In this document: positions 9,641 through 18,288 of the stretch, piece after piece
Layout of the letters: each line of letters starts with the position of its first letter
Position numbering within the stretch: position 1 is the stretch's first letter
Origin: Elusimicrobiota bacterium
GTDB lineage: Bacteria > Elusimicrobiota > Elusimicrobia > UBA1565 > JACRDR01
Assembly (NCBI GenBank): GCA_026388115.1
Contig: JAPLKK010000015.1
Coordinates: 2,988 to 66,987, forward strand
Reading direction: 5' to 3'
DNA: 64,000 nucleotides
Position numbers and translations under genes: made by a program
The notes under the pieces: model-generated
Told to the model about the DNA's origin: nothing
The model's input: the letters and a program-made list of their open reading frames with translations, nothing else
Databases searched by the model: none

Positions 9641-11359
9641 CTATAAATCCGTGAGCAGGCGCTGGATCTCGTCGGAGTCCGCGAGCGTCAGCGCGCGGGC
9701 CACGAGCTTGGCGGCGTTCTCGTAGCGCAAGGACATCACGATCTGCTTGACGCGCAGGAACATCCGAGGCGTCACCGACAGAGTGTCCACGCCCAGCCCG
9801 ACGAGCAGGGGCACCGCCTTCGGGTCGGACGTCATCTCGCCGCAGACCGTGACGCGCTTGCCCTTCGACCGGGCCGTTTCCACGATCTGGTGCAGGATGC
9901 GCACCACCGCGGGGTGGAATGGGTCGTAAAGGTGCGCGACGTGCTCGTTGATGCGGTCGACGGCCAGGACGTACTGGATCAGGTCGTTGGTGCCGATGGA
10001 GATGAAGTCCGCCTCGCCCAGCAGGTGGTCGAGAATGAGCCCGGCCGACGGGATCTCCACCATGATGCCCAGCTCCACCTTCTTGGCCGCCTCGTTCCCC
10101 TCGGCCAGCAGCTCCTGCTGGACCGCGACGAAGATGCGGCGCGCCGAACGCAGCTCGGCCATCGAGGAGATCATCGGCAGGAGCACCCGCACCTTGCCGT
10201 ACTGCGCCGTGCGCAGGATCGCGCGCAGCTGCGTCTTGAGCAGATCGGAGTGGCGCAGGAACAGCCGGATGCCGCGCAGGCCCATGAAGGGGTTCGTCTC
10301 GTTCTTCGGCCCGTCGATGCCGAGCTGGGCGAGCCGGTCGCCGCCGATGTCGGCGGTGCGGATGACGACGGGCAAAGGCGCCAGCGATTTGACGGCGTGC
10401 AGGTAGGCCCGGTACTGCTCCTCCTCGCTCGGCGGCTCCAGCCGGTTCATGAAGAGATACTCGCTGCGGAACAGCCCGATGCCGTCCACCCGGAGCCCCA
10501 TGACCGTCTTGATGTCCTCGGCCGTGTCGAGGTTGACGGCCATCTCGAAACGCCGGCCGTCGAGCGTCACCGCGGGCTGCCCGCGCAGCGCCTCCAGGGC
10601 CTTCTCCTCCTGCTGCGTCTTGAGCTGGGCCTTCTGGTATTTGGCGATCGCCTCCGGGCTCGGGTTGATGATCAGCATCCCGTGCTCGCCGTCGAGGATG
10701 ATGAAATCGTCCATCTTGACGCGGTGGCTCGCGTCCGAGAGCCCCACGACGGCGGGGATCTGCATCCCCTGCGCCAGGATCGCCGTGTGGCTCGTGCGGC
10801 CCCCCAGGTCCGTCGCGAAGCCGAGGATCTTCGACTCCTTGAGGTTCACCGTGTCGGACGGCAGGAGGTTGCGGGCGATGAGGATGCAGGGATTGTCCAC
10901 CTCGGCCAGGCTGCGCTTTTCCTGCTTCAGCAGGTGCGACAGGAGCCGCTTGCCGACGTCGAAGAGGTCGTGGCGCCGCTCGCGGAAGAACTCGTCCTCG
11001 ATCTTCTCGAAGGTCTCGTTCACCGCGTCGAGCGCCTCGGAGAGGGCGAACTCGGCGTTCACCGACTCATCGAGGATGCGCCGCGGCACGTCTTTGGTGA
11101 TGAGCGGGTCCGAGAGGATGAGGCGGTGGGTGTCGATGAGCTTGGCGTGCTCCTTGCCCAGCGTCTTGAGCACCTTGGACTCGGCCTGGTCCAGGTCGCG
11201 GTTGGTGGCGTCGAGCGCCTGCTTGAAGCGCTTGACCTCGATGCGGATGCGCTCCTTCGCGATCTCGACGCGGTTGACCACGATCTCCTCGTCTTCGAGG
11301 ATGTAGGCCTTGCCCATCGCGATCCCTGGGCTCGCCGGCACCCCCTTGATGACGATCAT
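9641..11359 (-). CDS. ptsI: Phosphoenolpyruvate-protein phosphotransferase (PTS Enzyme I).
   Basis: Full-length EI homologue with N-terminal HPr-binding, phosphohistidine and PEP-utilising domains. Confidence 0.92.
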   Translation of the reverse strand: MIVIKGVPASPGIAMGKAYILEDEEIVVNRVEIAKERIRIEVKRFKQALDATNRDLDQAESKVLKTLGKEHAKLIDTHRLILSDPLITKDVPRRILDESVNAEFALSEALDAVNETFEKIEDEFFRERRHDLFDVGKRLLSHLLKQEKRSLAEVDNPCILIARNLLPSDTVNLKESKILGFATDLGGRTSHTAILAQGMQIPAVVGLSDASHRVKMDDFIILDGEHGMLIINPSPEAIAKYQKAQLKTQQEEKALEALRGQPAVTLDGRRFEMAVNLDTAEDIKTVMGLRVDGIGLFRSEYLFMNRLEPPSEEEQYRAYLHAVKSLAPLPVVIRTADIGGDRLAQLGIDGPKNETNPFMGLRGIRLFLRHSDLLKTQLRAILRTAQYGKVRVLLPMISSMAELRSARRIFVAVQQELLAEGNEAAKKVELGIMVEIPSAGLILDHLLGEADFISIGTNDLIQYVLAVDRINEHVAHLYDPFHPAVVRILHQIVETARSKGKRVTVCGEMTSDPKAVPLLVGLGVDTLSVTPRMFLRVKQIVMSLRYENAAKLVARALTLADSDEIQRLLTDL

Positions 11360-11399
11360 GGATGGTCCATTATGGCATTTCGACCGCGGTCAGCGTTCG

Positions 11400-11732
11400 T
11401 CAGAACGGCCGGAAAGGCTCTTCTCCCTTGCACACCGGGCATTCCTCGGTGGCATCCTTGCGCCAATGCTCGAAGAGCCGCTCGAGCGCGCCCATGGCCT
11501 GCTTGGCGTCCGGACCCTCGGTCGTCACGGTCACCTGGCTGCCCGTCGCCGCCTCGAGCGTCAGGAAGCTCAGGATGCTCTTCCCGTTGGCGGTCTTGTC
11601 GGCGCCCTTCGATACCTCGATCCTCGACTTGAAGAGGTTGGCGGTCTGCACGAAGAAGCCGGCCGGCCGCAGGTGCAGCCCCTGGTTCAGCGCCATCGTG
11701 AACGTCTTTTGGATCCGGACCGGACCGCTCAT
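11400..11732 (-). CDS. ptsH: Phosphocarrier protein HPr with a C-terminal Cys-containing extension.
   Basis: MALNQGLHLRPAGFF active-site His and regulatory Ser region (KGADKTANGKSI). A ~22-aa tail carries CPVC. The start overlaps the IID stop. Confidence 0.85.
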   Translation of the reverse strand: MSGPVRIQKTFTMALNQGLHLRPAGFFVQTANLFKSRIEVSKGADKTANGKSILSFLTLEAATGSQVTVTTEGPDAKQAMGALERLFEHWRKDATEECPVCKGEEPFRPF

Positions 11733-12514
11733 GGCCTCACCCACGCCCACGCCAGGCACAAGGCCAGGCCGGCCGCGTACAGGCGCGGCGTCGACCAGCC
11801 CATGGGCCGGATCGCGACGGCCGCCGCCAGCACCGCGACGTTCCACCAGCTCGCGGCGGGGCTCCACGGCGGCACGAGCAGCGCCGCCCCGGCCGCCAAG
11901 GCGGCGAGCGCCAGCCCCGCCCACCGCAGAGCCCGGATCCGCTCGTGCCATTTAAAATTCATGAGCTCCGAGGCCAGGCTCTCGCCGAACGCGTAGCCGA
12001 GCCTCAGCCCGCTCCACCGGATCCACAGCGCCGGCGCGTTATAGGCGGCGAGGTACGCGAGGGTGGCCCAGGCGACCGGATGGCGGCTCCCGGCCGTCCA
12101 CGCCGCGAGCCAAGTGAACAAGCCGAGCGCCGCGCAAAAGGGCCTGAGCGCGCCCCAGAAGAGCGAGTCGCCGACGCCGGCCAGCGCCGCGCCGAAGCCC
12201 GCCTTCAGGCGCTGGATGCGCGCCTGGGCCGCCGGGCGGGCCGGGGCCGGTTCGGCCGCGAGCTCTTCCTCCAGGCGCCCCGTCACGCCCAAGACGAACG
12301 AAGCCATGTACGGCTGGGTGTTGAAATACTGCAGATGCCGCCGCACGCCGTCGGCCTCGCAAGGACCGCCGGAGCGCTCGATGCGCTTGAGCCACGGCTC
12401 CAGCGCGAAGGCGAAGCCGACGTTCTGCATCCCCTCCTCGTTCCAGCAGGACTGCAGCAAGAGGCTCCGGGCGGCGACGCGGGCGCGAAGGCTCATGGGA
12501 GGAAGGCGGGTCAT
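11729..12514 (-). CDS. PTS mannose/sorbose-family IID component.
   Basis: MQNVGFAFALEP and YFNTQPY motifs. The start overlaps the IIC stop (ATGA). Confidence 0.8.
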   Translation of the reverse strand: MTRLPPMSLRARVAARSLLLQSCWNEEGMQNVGFAFALEPWLKRIERSGGPCEADGVRRHLQYFNTQPYMASFVLGVTGRLEEELAAEPAPARPAAQARIQRLKAGFGAALAGVGDSLFWGALRPFCAALGLFTWLAAWTAGSRHPVAWATLAYLAAYNAPALWIRWSGLRLGYAFGESLASELMNFKWHERIRALRWAGLALAALAAGAALLVPPWSPAASWWNVAVLAAAVAIRPMGWSTPRLYAAGLALCLAWAWVRP

Positions 12515-13131
12515 CCCCTCGGCCTCAGCGAATAGAGCAGCGCGCCGAGGCCCAGCCACGGCGCGTTCATGAAAGCGGGCTCCAGGCCGCGCCTCGCCGG
12601 CGCGGGGACGGCGTCCCAGCCCCACCCCAACAGCGGCGCCATCCAGGCCGCGGCGTAGAGATACGCGGCGGTCGCGGCCGCGTGCAGCCCGAGCCCGGAG
12701 AGCAGCCGCCGCCCCAGCCGCGCCGGCCGGCCCAGTTCCACCTCGTCCATCGCGCGTCGAGCGATGCGGACGCACGCCGTGCGCACCGCCCGCTCCACCG
12801 CCCGGTACGCCCAGGCCAGAAAAAGCGCGGCCGGGAAAGCCGCCGAGACGGGAACGGCCGAGGGGCCCGCGCAAAGCAGGACGAGAGACGCGACGGCGAC
12901 CGCGCCGTTGATGGGCAACGAGGCGCCGACGGGCAGGACGTCCACGCAGAAAAGCTCGACGAGCGCCCCGCCGGCCAGGCCGAGCCACGGCACGCCGCCG
13001 AGCGCGCCCAGCATCGGCCCAAGGATCATCGGACGCGACAGCATCCATTGGCCCACGTGGACGGCGTCGAGCTCAATGATCGCCGTGAAGGCGCACAAAC
13101 CCGGAAGCGCTCCGAGATACCAGCCGCTCAT
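12511..13131 (-). CDS. PTS mannose/sorbose-family IIC component.
   Basis: Polytopic membrane protein with IIC-Man-like glycine-rich segments. Overlaps IIB and IID. Confidence 0.75.
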   Translation of the reverse strand: MSGWYLGALPGLCAFTAIIELDAVHVGQWMLSRPMILGPMLGALGGVPWLGLAGGALVELFCVDVLPVGASLPINGAVAVASLVLLCAGPSAVPVSAAFPAALFLAWAYRAVERAVRTACVRIARRAMDEVELGRPARLGRRLLSGLGLHAAATAAYLYAAAWMAPLLGWGWDAVPAPARRGLEPAFMNAPWLGLGALLYSLRPRG

Positions 13132-13607
13132 GCGGCGATCAGGCTCGCCAAGTCGAGGCGCCGGTCGGATGGCACGGCGCGGCCCTCGAGCACGATGCCG
13201 CGCTGGACCAGCTCCCGGAGATCCTCGCGGTCCTCGTCCGACAGGTAGATGACGCGGCCGAGCTGGATGCGTCCCGCCGAGTAATGGAGGCCCCCGACGT
13301 TGAGGCTGGGAACCTTGAGGCCCGCCTTGACCAGCTCTCGCGCCTCGCGCGGGCTCGGCACCAGCACCAGCGTCCGCTTGCCCGACAGCACGGCGGAGGC
13401 GAGCAAGGCCGCGGCCTCGGCCGGGGCCAGCACATGGAGCTCGACCGTGTCCGGCAGGGCCATGCGCATGAGCGTCTTCTGAGTCTCGTCGGCCGCCGCC
13501 TGCGCCGACGCGACGACGACGGCCTCCGCGTTCAAGTGGGGGACCCACGCCTCGACCACCTGGCCGTGGATGAGGCGGTCGTCGATGCGCAGCAGTTCCA
13601 CGCTCAT
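13128..13607 (-). CDS. PTS mannose/sorbose-family IIB component.
   Basis: RIDDRLIHGQV phosphohistidine motif. Confidence 0.88.
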   Translation of the reverse strand: MSVELLRIDDRLIHGQVVEAWVPHLNAEAVVVASAQAAADETQKTLMRMALPDTVELHVLAPAEAAALLASAVLSGKRTLVLVPSPREARELVKAGLKVPSLNVGGLHYSAGRIQLGRVIYLSDEDREDLRELVQRGIVLEGRAVPSDRRLDLASLIAA

Positions 13608-14020
13608 CGGTGCGCCTTCGACAGCAGCGCGGCCTTCATGTCGCGGATCGAGCGCTGCCCGTCGGCCAGCATCTTCGCGGCCAGCTCTTCCAGGCCGAGG
13701 GTCCTGCGGTTTCCGAAACCGGAGATCAGCATATAGAGGTTCAGGCCGCTCAGGACGCGGACGCCCGGCATGTCCTTGGCGGCCAGCAGCACGACGTTGG
13801 AGGGCGTGCCGCCGGGGATGTCCGTCGCGACGATCACGCCGCCGGCCCCGTCGAGCTCGCGCAGAGCCTCTTCGACCCGGCGGCGCACCTCGTCGACCGA
13901 GAGCCGCGCGGAGATCGAGACGACGGCGACGCCCTCGCCCTGGCGGCCGACGATGCTCTCGGCCGCTTCCACCAGGTAGGCGCCGAACTCGCCGTGGGTG
14001 ACGATGACGAAGTTGACCAT
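13604..14020 (-). CDS. PTS mannose-family IIA component.
   Basis: IVTHGEFG phosphorylation-site motif. The domain is ~138 aa. Confidence 0.85.
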   Translation of the reverse strand: MVNFVIVTHGEFGAYLVEAAESIVGRQGEGVAVVSISARLSVDEVRRRVEEALRELDGAGGVIVATDIPGGTPSNVVLLAAKDMPGVRVLSGLNLYMLISGFGNRRTLGLEELAAKMLADGQRSIRDMKAALLSKAHR

Positions 14021-14023
14021 GGC

Positions 14024-14884
14024 TCAGCGGTGGATGTCGCGATGGAACTCGCGGACCGAGTACCCTTCCTTTTGCAGCTCGCGCGCGAGGCTGTGCGTCA
14101 CGAAAACGCTGCGGTGGTGTCCGCCGGTACAGCCGACCGCGATCGTGAGATACGACTTGCCCTCATGGATGTAGTGCGGCAGCACGGAGCGCAGCATCCC
14201 GGAGAAATCGCGCAAGAACTTCGTGGCCGACGGCTGACGGAGCAGGTACGTCTGCACGGCGCGGGCGAGTCCGTTCTTCCTCTTCAGGCTTGGGACGTAG
14301 TTCGGATTCGGCATGAAGCGCACGTCCACCACGAGATCGGCGTCGAGGGGCAGGCCGAACTTATAGCCGAAGGAGACGACCGAGAGGTTCATCTCCTTGG
14401 TGCCCTGCAGCTCCAGCGCCATCGACAGGGTCTCCTTGAGCTCGCCCAGCGTCATCGAGCTGGTATCGATGACCTTGTCGGCGATGGCCTTGATGTCGGT
14501 CAGGATCTTGCGCTCCTCGCGCACGGCCTCGACGATGTTGGTCCCCAAGGGATGGCGGTGCCTCGTCTCGGAGAAGCGCTGGACGATCGCGCGGTCGCTG
14601 GAGTCGAGGAAGAGGATGCGGTACTCGAAGCCCTTGGCGCGGACGACGGCCAGCGCGGCCTCGAGGTCCTTGAGGAACTTGCCTTCGCGGATGTCGATGC
14701 CCAGCGCGACGCGCGACATGCCGGGGCGCTCCGCGAGCAGCTCGGCGAAATGGTCGAGCAGCGCGATCGGGAGGTTGTCGACGCAGGTGAAGCCAAAATC
14801 CTCGAAGCACTTCAGCGCCTGGCTTTTCCCGGCCCCTGAGATGCCGGTGATGATGAAGAGCTTTCTTCCCCGTTGGTTCTTCAT
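14024..14884 (-). CDS. rapZ: RNase adapter protein RapZ (YvcJ/YhbJ P-loop NTPase).
   Basis: Walker A motif TGISGAGKS and a C-terminal GGHHRSV motif. Sits between hprK and the PTS genes. Confidence 0.9.
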   Translation of the reverse strand: MKNQRGRKLFIITGISGAGKSQALKCFEDFGFTCVDNLPIALLDHFAELLAERPGMSRVALGIDIREGKFLKDLEAALAVVRAKGFEYRILFLDSSDRAIVQRFSETRHRHPLGTNIVEAVREERKILTDIKAIADKVIDTSSMTLGELKETLSMALELQGTKEMNLSVVSFGYKFGLPLDADLVVDVRFMPNPNYVPSLKRKNGLARAVQTYLLRQPSATKFLRDFSGMLRSVLPHYIHEGKSYLTIAVGCTGGHHRSVFVTHSLARELQKEGYSVREFHRDIHR

Positions 14885-14889
14885 TTACT

Positions 14890-14977
14890 TAGGTGTCAGA
14901 CATCAACTTATAGAACCTATTCTTCAAAGGATAATACCCTATTTGAATAAGTTCTATAAGTTGATGTCTGACACCTA
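14890..14977. repeat. AT-rich palindromic intergenic element, copy 2. Arms are 27 bp with a 34-bp loop.
   Basis: Perfect arms TAGGTGTCAGACATCAACTTATAGAAC and GTTCTATAAGTTGATGTCTGACACCTA. Core and loop motifs are shared with copy 1. The element ends 6 nt upstream of the rapZ start codon. Confidence 0.8.
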
Positions 14978-14993
14978 GATTATACTTCGGGCG

Positions 14994-15935
14994 CTACTTT
15001 GCGGGCTTCTTCATGCGCTCGATGAGGCTCTGGTTGAAGGTGAGCGCGCTGACGTAGCCCTGGCCCCGCAGGCGCTGGTTGAGCGCCGCCACCTCGATGA
15101 GGACCGCGAGGTTGCGGCCGGGGCTCACGGGGATGTGCACCGTCGGGATCTCCACGTCCAAAATCTTCGAGGTCTTCAGGTCCATCCCGACGCGCTCGTA
15201 CTGGGTGGTCGGCTCCCATTGCTGCAGGTAGACCACCAGCTCGATGCGCGAGGCGTTCAGGATGGAGCCGATGCCGAAGAGCAGCTTGACATCGATGATG
15301 CCGAGGCCGCGGACCTCCATGTAATGCTTGAGCGGCTCCGGGCACGAACCCAGCAGGATCCCCCCGCGGCGCTTCTGTATCTCGACGACATCGTCGGAGA
15401 CGAGGATGTGGCCCCGCTTGAGGAGCTCGAGGGCGCACTCCGACTTTCCGATGCCGGAATCCCCCTCGATGAGCACGCCGAGCCCGTAGACATCGCACAA
15501 GACGCCGTGGACGCGCGTGACGGGCGCCAGGCGGGTCTCCAAGTAGGCGGAGAGCTCGCCGACGAAGGCGGCCGTGTCGAGGCTCGTGCGCAGCAGCGGC
15601 ACGTTGTACTTGCGGCAGGCCTGGGCCAGCGCGGCCGGCGTGGCGAGGTTGCGCGTGATGATGAGGCAGGGAAGGTCGGGGTGCCCGAGCATCCGGCTGA
15701 GCGCCGCGACCAGCGTCTTCTGCGGCGCCTTGGCGCAGTAGGCCTGCTCGCCGCGCCCGATGATCTGGATGCGCTCGGCGCGGAAATGCTCCAGGTGGCC
15801 CGCCATCGACAGCCCGGGCCGGTTCACGTCGGCGGTGGCGACCTTGCGGCCCGTGGCCTTCTCGCCGGTCACCAGCTCGAGCTTGAGCCGGGTACGCTGT
15901 TCCTTGAGAAGCTCGGCGACGGTGAGGGGCGTCAC
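14994..15935 (-). CDS. hprK: HPr kinase/phosphorylase.
   Basis: Walker A GDSGIGKSE and the HprK C-terminal domain. The GTG start overlaps the hpf stop (GTGA). Confidence 0.9.
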   Translation of the reverse strand: MTPLTVAELLKEQRTRLKLELVTGEKATGRKVATADVNRPGLSMAGHLEHFRAERIQIIGRGEQAYCAKAPQKTLVAALSRMLGHPDLPCLIITRNLATPAALAQACRKYNVPLLRTSLDTAAFVGELSAYLETRLAPVTRVHGVLCDVYGLGVLIEGDSGIGKSECALELLKRGHILVSDDVVEIQKRRGGILLGSCPEPLKHYMEVRGLGIIDVKLLFGIGSILNASRIELVVYLQQWEPTTQYERVGMDLKTSKILDVEIPTVHIPVSPGRNLAVLIEVAALNQRLRGQGYVSALTFNQSLIERMKKPAK

Positions 15936-16459
15936 TTTCCGTTCTTCTTGACGGGCTGCAGCACGGCGTAGCTGTCGTCTTCGCGGCGATACACCACCGA
16001 GATCTGGCCGGTGGACTGATCGACGAAGAGGCGGAAATTGTGGCCCAGCTCGTCCATCTCGTCGGCCGCCTGATCGCACGTCATCTCGCGCAGGACCTGC
16101 TTGACGACCATGAAGCGCGCCTGCCCCGTTTCTTCGGGCGCGGCGGCCGGGAACTCCTCGGTCCGTTCCTTGTGGTGGCCGCGCACGCGCTCCTTGTACT
16201 TCTTGAGCTGCGCGTCGATCTTATCGGAGACGAGGTCGATCGCGGAGTGCAGGTCCACGCCCTTGGCGACGCAGCGGAATGTCTGGTGGCCGGCATGGAT
16301 CATGATCTCGGCTTGATGGGCTTTTCTTTCCACGGAAAGCACGACCTGAGCCCAGACGATGTGGTTGAAATACTTCTGCGCTTTCGCGATCTTCTCTTCC
16401 ACATAGCCGCGAATCGGCTGGGTTAAGCGGATATGCCGGGCGGTGATATGGATCTGCAT
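15932..16459 (-). CDS. hpf: Ribosome hibernation promoting factor (long form).
   Basis: S30AE/HPF N-terminal domain plus a C-terminal dimerisation extension. Confidence 0.88.
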   Translation of the reverse strand: MQIHITARHIRLTQPIRGYVEEKIAKAQKYFNHIVWAQVVLSVERKAHQAEIMIHAGHQTFRCVAKGVDLHSAIDLVSDKIDAQLKKYKERVRGHHKERTEEFPAAAPEETGQARFMVVKQVLREMTCDQAADEMDELGHNFRLFVDQSTGQISVVYRREDDSYAVLQPVKKNGK

Positions 16460-16743
16460 TTAACGGGGCCTCCAGCCAGGGCGGATCAAGCGGTATTAAA
16501 TCTAAGCCGCGGCTGATTAAAACACATTGGGCCGGGGGTGTCAATGGCGGGGCGCAAAGCGTCGCAATAAGTTGACTCAACCGCTAAAATTACGTACGAT
16601 TCTAACGGCTGGAATCTCTCGATTTTTCTTCTTTCGTTCTGCGCTCATCAGTAAGATTTCAGCGAGTCACACGGTTATTAAAAGAGATTTAATTTAATAG
16701 TGTTTTTGGGTCCCTCAAAGTTATAAACACCTGTGGAAAACCT
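16460..16743. other. Putative oriC: an AT-rich unwinding region plus DnaA-box-like 9-mers upstream of dnaA.
   Basis: AT-rich stretch at 16620-16730. TGTGGAAAA at 16732 and TGTGAATAA at 16743 are each 8/9 matches to TGTGGATAA. Gene strand bias flips here. Confidence 0.6.
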
Positions 16744-18096
16744 GTGAATAACTGGTCCCCTGCCGATCTGTGGCAGCAAGTGATTGAGCGTCTTCGACCG
16801 GAGATCGGCAGCGACAACGTCGAACTCTGGCTCCGGCCAGTCGAGGCCCAGGCCTGCGACAACCACCTCCTTCGCGTCAAGGTGCCCAACAGCTTCTTTT
16901 TTGACCACATCCAGCGCAACTACCAGCGGCAGATCGAGGGCGCGCTGAAGAGCCTGGCGGGCGAGGAGATCGCCCTTGAATACCAGGTGGCGCGCGACTT
17001 GAAGTCCGTGCTCCCAAAGAACGACCCCGTTGAAACGCCGAGCGCGCAAGCGGAGTTCTCGCTGAGCGAACTGAACCCGCGCTACACCTTCTCAAGCTTC
17101 GTCGTCGGCACTTCGAACCGGTTCGCGCACGCGACCGCCGAGGCGATCAGCAAGGCCCCGGGCAAGCAGTACAACCCGTTCTTCTTGTACGGCGGCTCCG
17201 GGCTCGGCAAGACCCATCTCCTGTTCGCCATCGGCAACGCGATCCGCAAGGAGTTTCCGCGAGCCCGCGTGCTCTATACGACCTCTGAGCAGTTCGTCAA
17301 CGAGTTCATCGACTCGTTGCGCTACGACAAGCCCGACGCCTTCCGTTCCAGGTTCCGCAGTCTCGACGTCCTCCTTATGGACGACATCCAATTCATGGGC
17401 GAGAAAGGCCGCTCGGTCGAGGAATTCTTCCATACCTTCAACGTCCTCTCCGAGGCGAGAAAGCAGATCGTCTTGTCCTCCGATCGTCCGCCGAAAGAGC
17501 TGGTCGCCTTCGACCCAAGGATGATCTCGCGCTTCGAATGGGGCGTGGTCGTGGACATCAAGCCCCCGGATCTGGAGACGCGCATCGCCATCTTGCGCAA
17601 GAAGGCCGAGCTCGAACAGATCTCCATCCCCAACGACGTGATCGTCCGCATCGCCGAAGTGATCAAGACCAATATCCGCGAATTAGAGGGCTGCCTGACG
17701 AAGATGGGCGCCTTCGCCGCGTTGACCGGCAGCCACCTCACGGTCGACATCGCCAACGAAGTGCTGAAGGACTCCATCTCCAGCGACATCGATTCCCCCA
17801 TCCGCGTCGAGACCATCCAGAAGGTGGTGGCGGAAAAATACCACCTCGACCTCAAGGCGATGAAGGGCCACTCGCGCACGAAGGAGGTCGCGATGCCGCG
17901 GCAGGTCGCGATGTACTTGTGCTGCACCCTCAGCGGCGCCTCGACGACCGAGATCGGGCGGGCCTTCGGGGGCAAGGATCACACGACGGTGATCCACGCG
18001 AGGAAGAAGATACAGGCGATGATTGAGAAGGACACGTTCACCTCGGCGGCAATGAACGAGTTGATCGAACAGATACGCGTGAGGGAAAATTCATGA
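16744..18096 (+). CDS. dnaA: Chromosomal replication initiator DnaA.
   Basis: AAA+ Walker A GGSGLGKTHL and the DnaA signature C-terminal DNA-binding domain. Confidence 0.95.
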   Translation: MNNWSPADLWQQVIERLRPEIGSDNVELWLRPVEAQACDNHLLRVKVPNSFFFDHIQRNYQRQIEGALKSLAGEEIALEYQVARDLKSVLPKNDPVETPSAQAEFSLSELNPRYTFSSFVVGTSNRFAHATAEAISKAPGKQYNPFFLYGGSGLGKTHLLFAIGNAIRKEFPRARVLYTTSEQFVNEFIDSLRYDKPDAFRSRFRSLDVLLMDDIQFMGEKGRSVEEFFHTFNVLSEARKQIVLSSDRPPKELVAFDPRMISRFEWGVVVDIKPPDLETRIAILRKKAELEQISIPNDVIVRIAEVIKTNIRELEGCLTKMGAFAALTGSHLTVDIANEVLKDSISSDIDSPIRVETIQKVVAEKYHLDLKAMKGHSRTKEVAMPRQVAMYLCCTLSGASTTEIGRAFGGKDHTTVIHARKKIQAMIEKDTFTSAAMNELIEQIRVRENS

Positions 18097-18288
18097 CCGG
18101 CGACGTCCCGGTGGAGAGGCTGTGGAAAAGCTGTCAAGAACTCCGGTCTTTACGGGATCGTCGCGGCGGCCTGGGGATACTGTGAATACCTCTGGCGAGT
18201 TTTCAACAGAAAAGAAGGGCGCCGCTTCGATGATGAATCCACTTTATCCACAAAATGAGGCCGCCTATGAAGGCGAGGACTATGTTCT
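18097..18288. other. dnaA-dnaN intergenic DnaA-box cluster.
   Basis: Perfect TTATCCACA at 18244-18252, plus TGTGGAAAA at 18121 and TGTGAATAC at 18181. Confidence 0.6.

Noticed and set aside
9890-11632. 580-aa ORF on the plus strand.
   Set aside because: It is antisense to ptsI.
11729-13048. 439-aa ORF on the minus strand.
   Set aside because: Only its C-terminal 261 codons are the PTS IID gene. The N-terminal part is an out-of-frame read through IIC, and the true IIC frame is the 12511-13131 segment of ORF 12511..13548.
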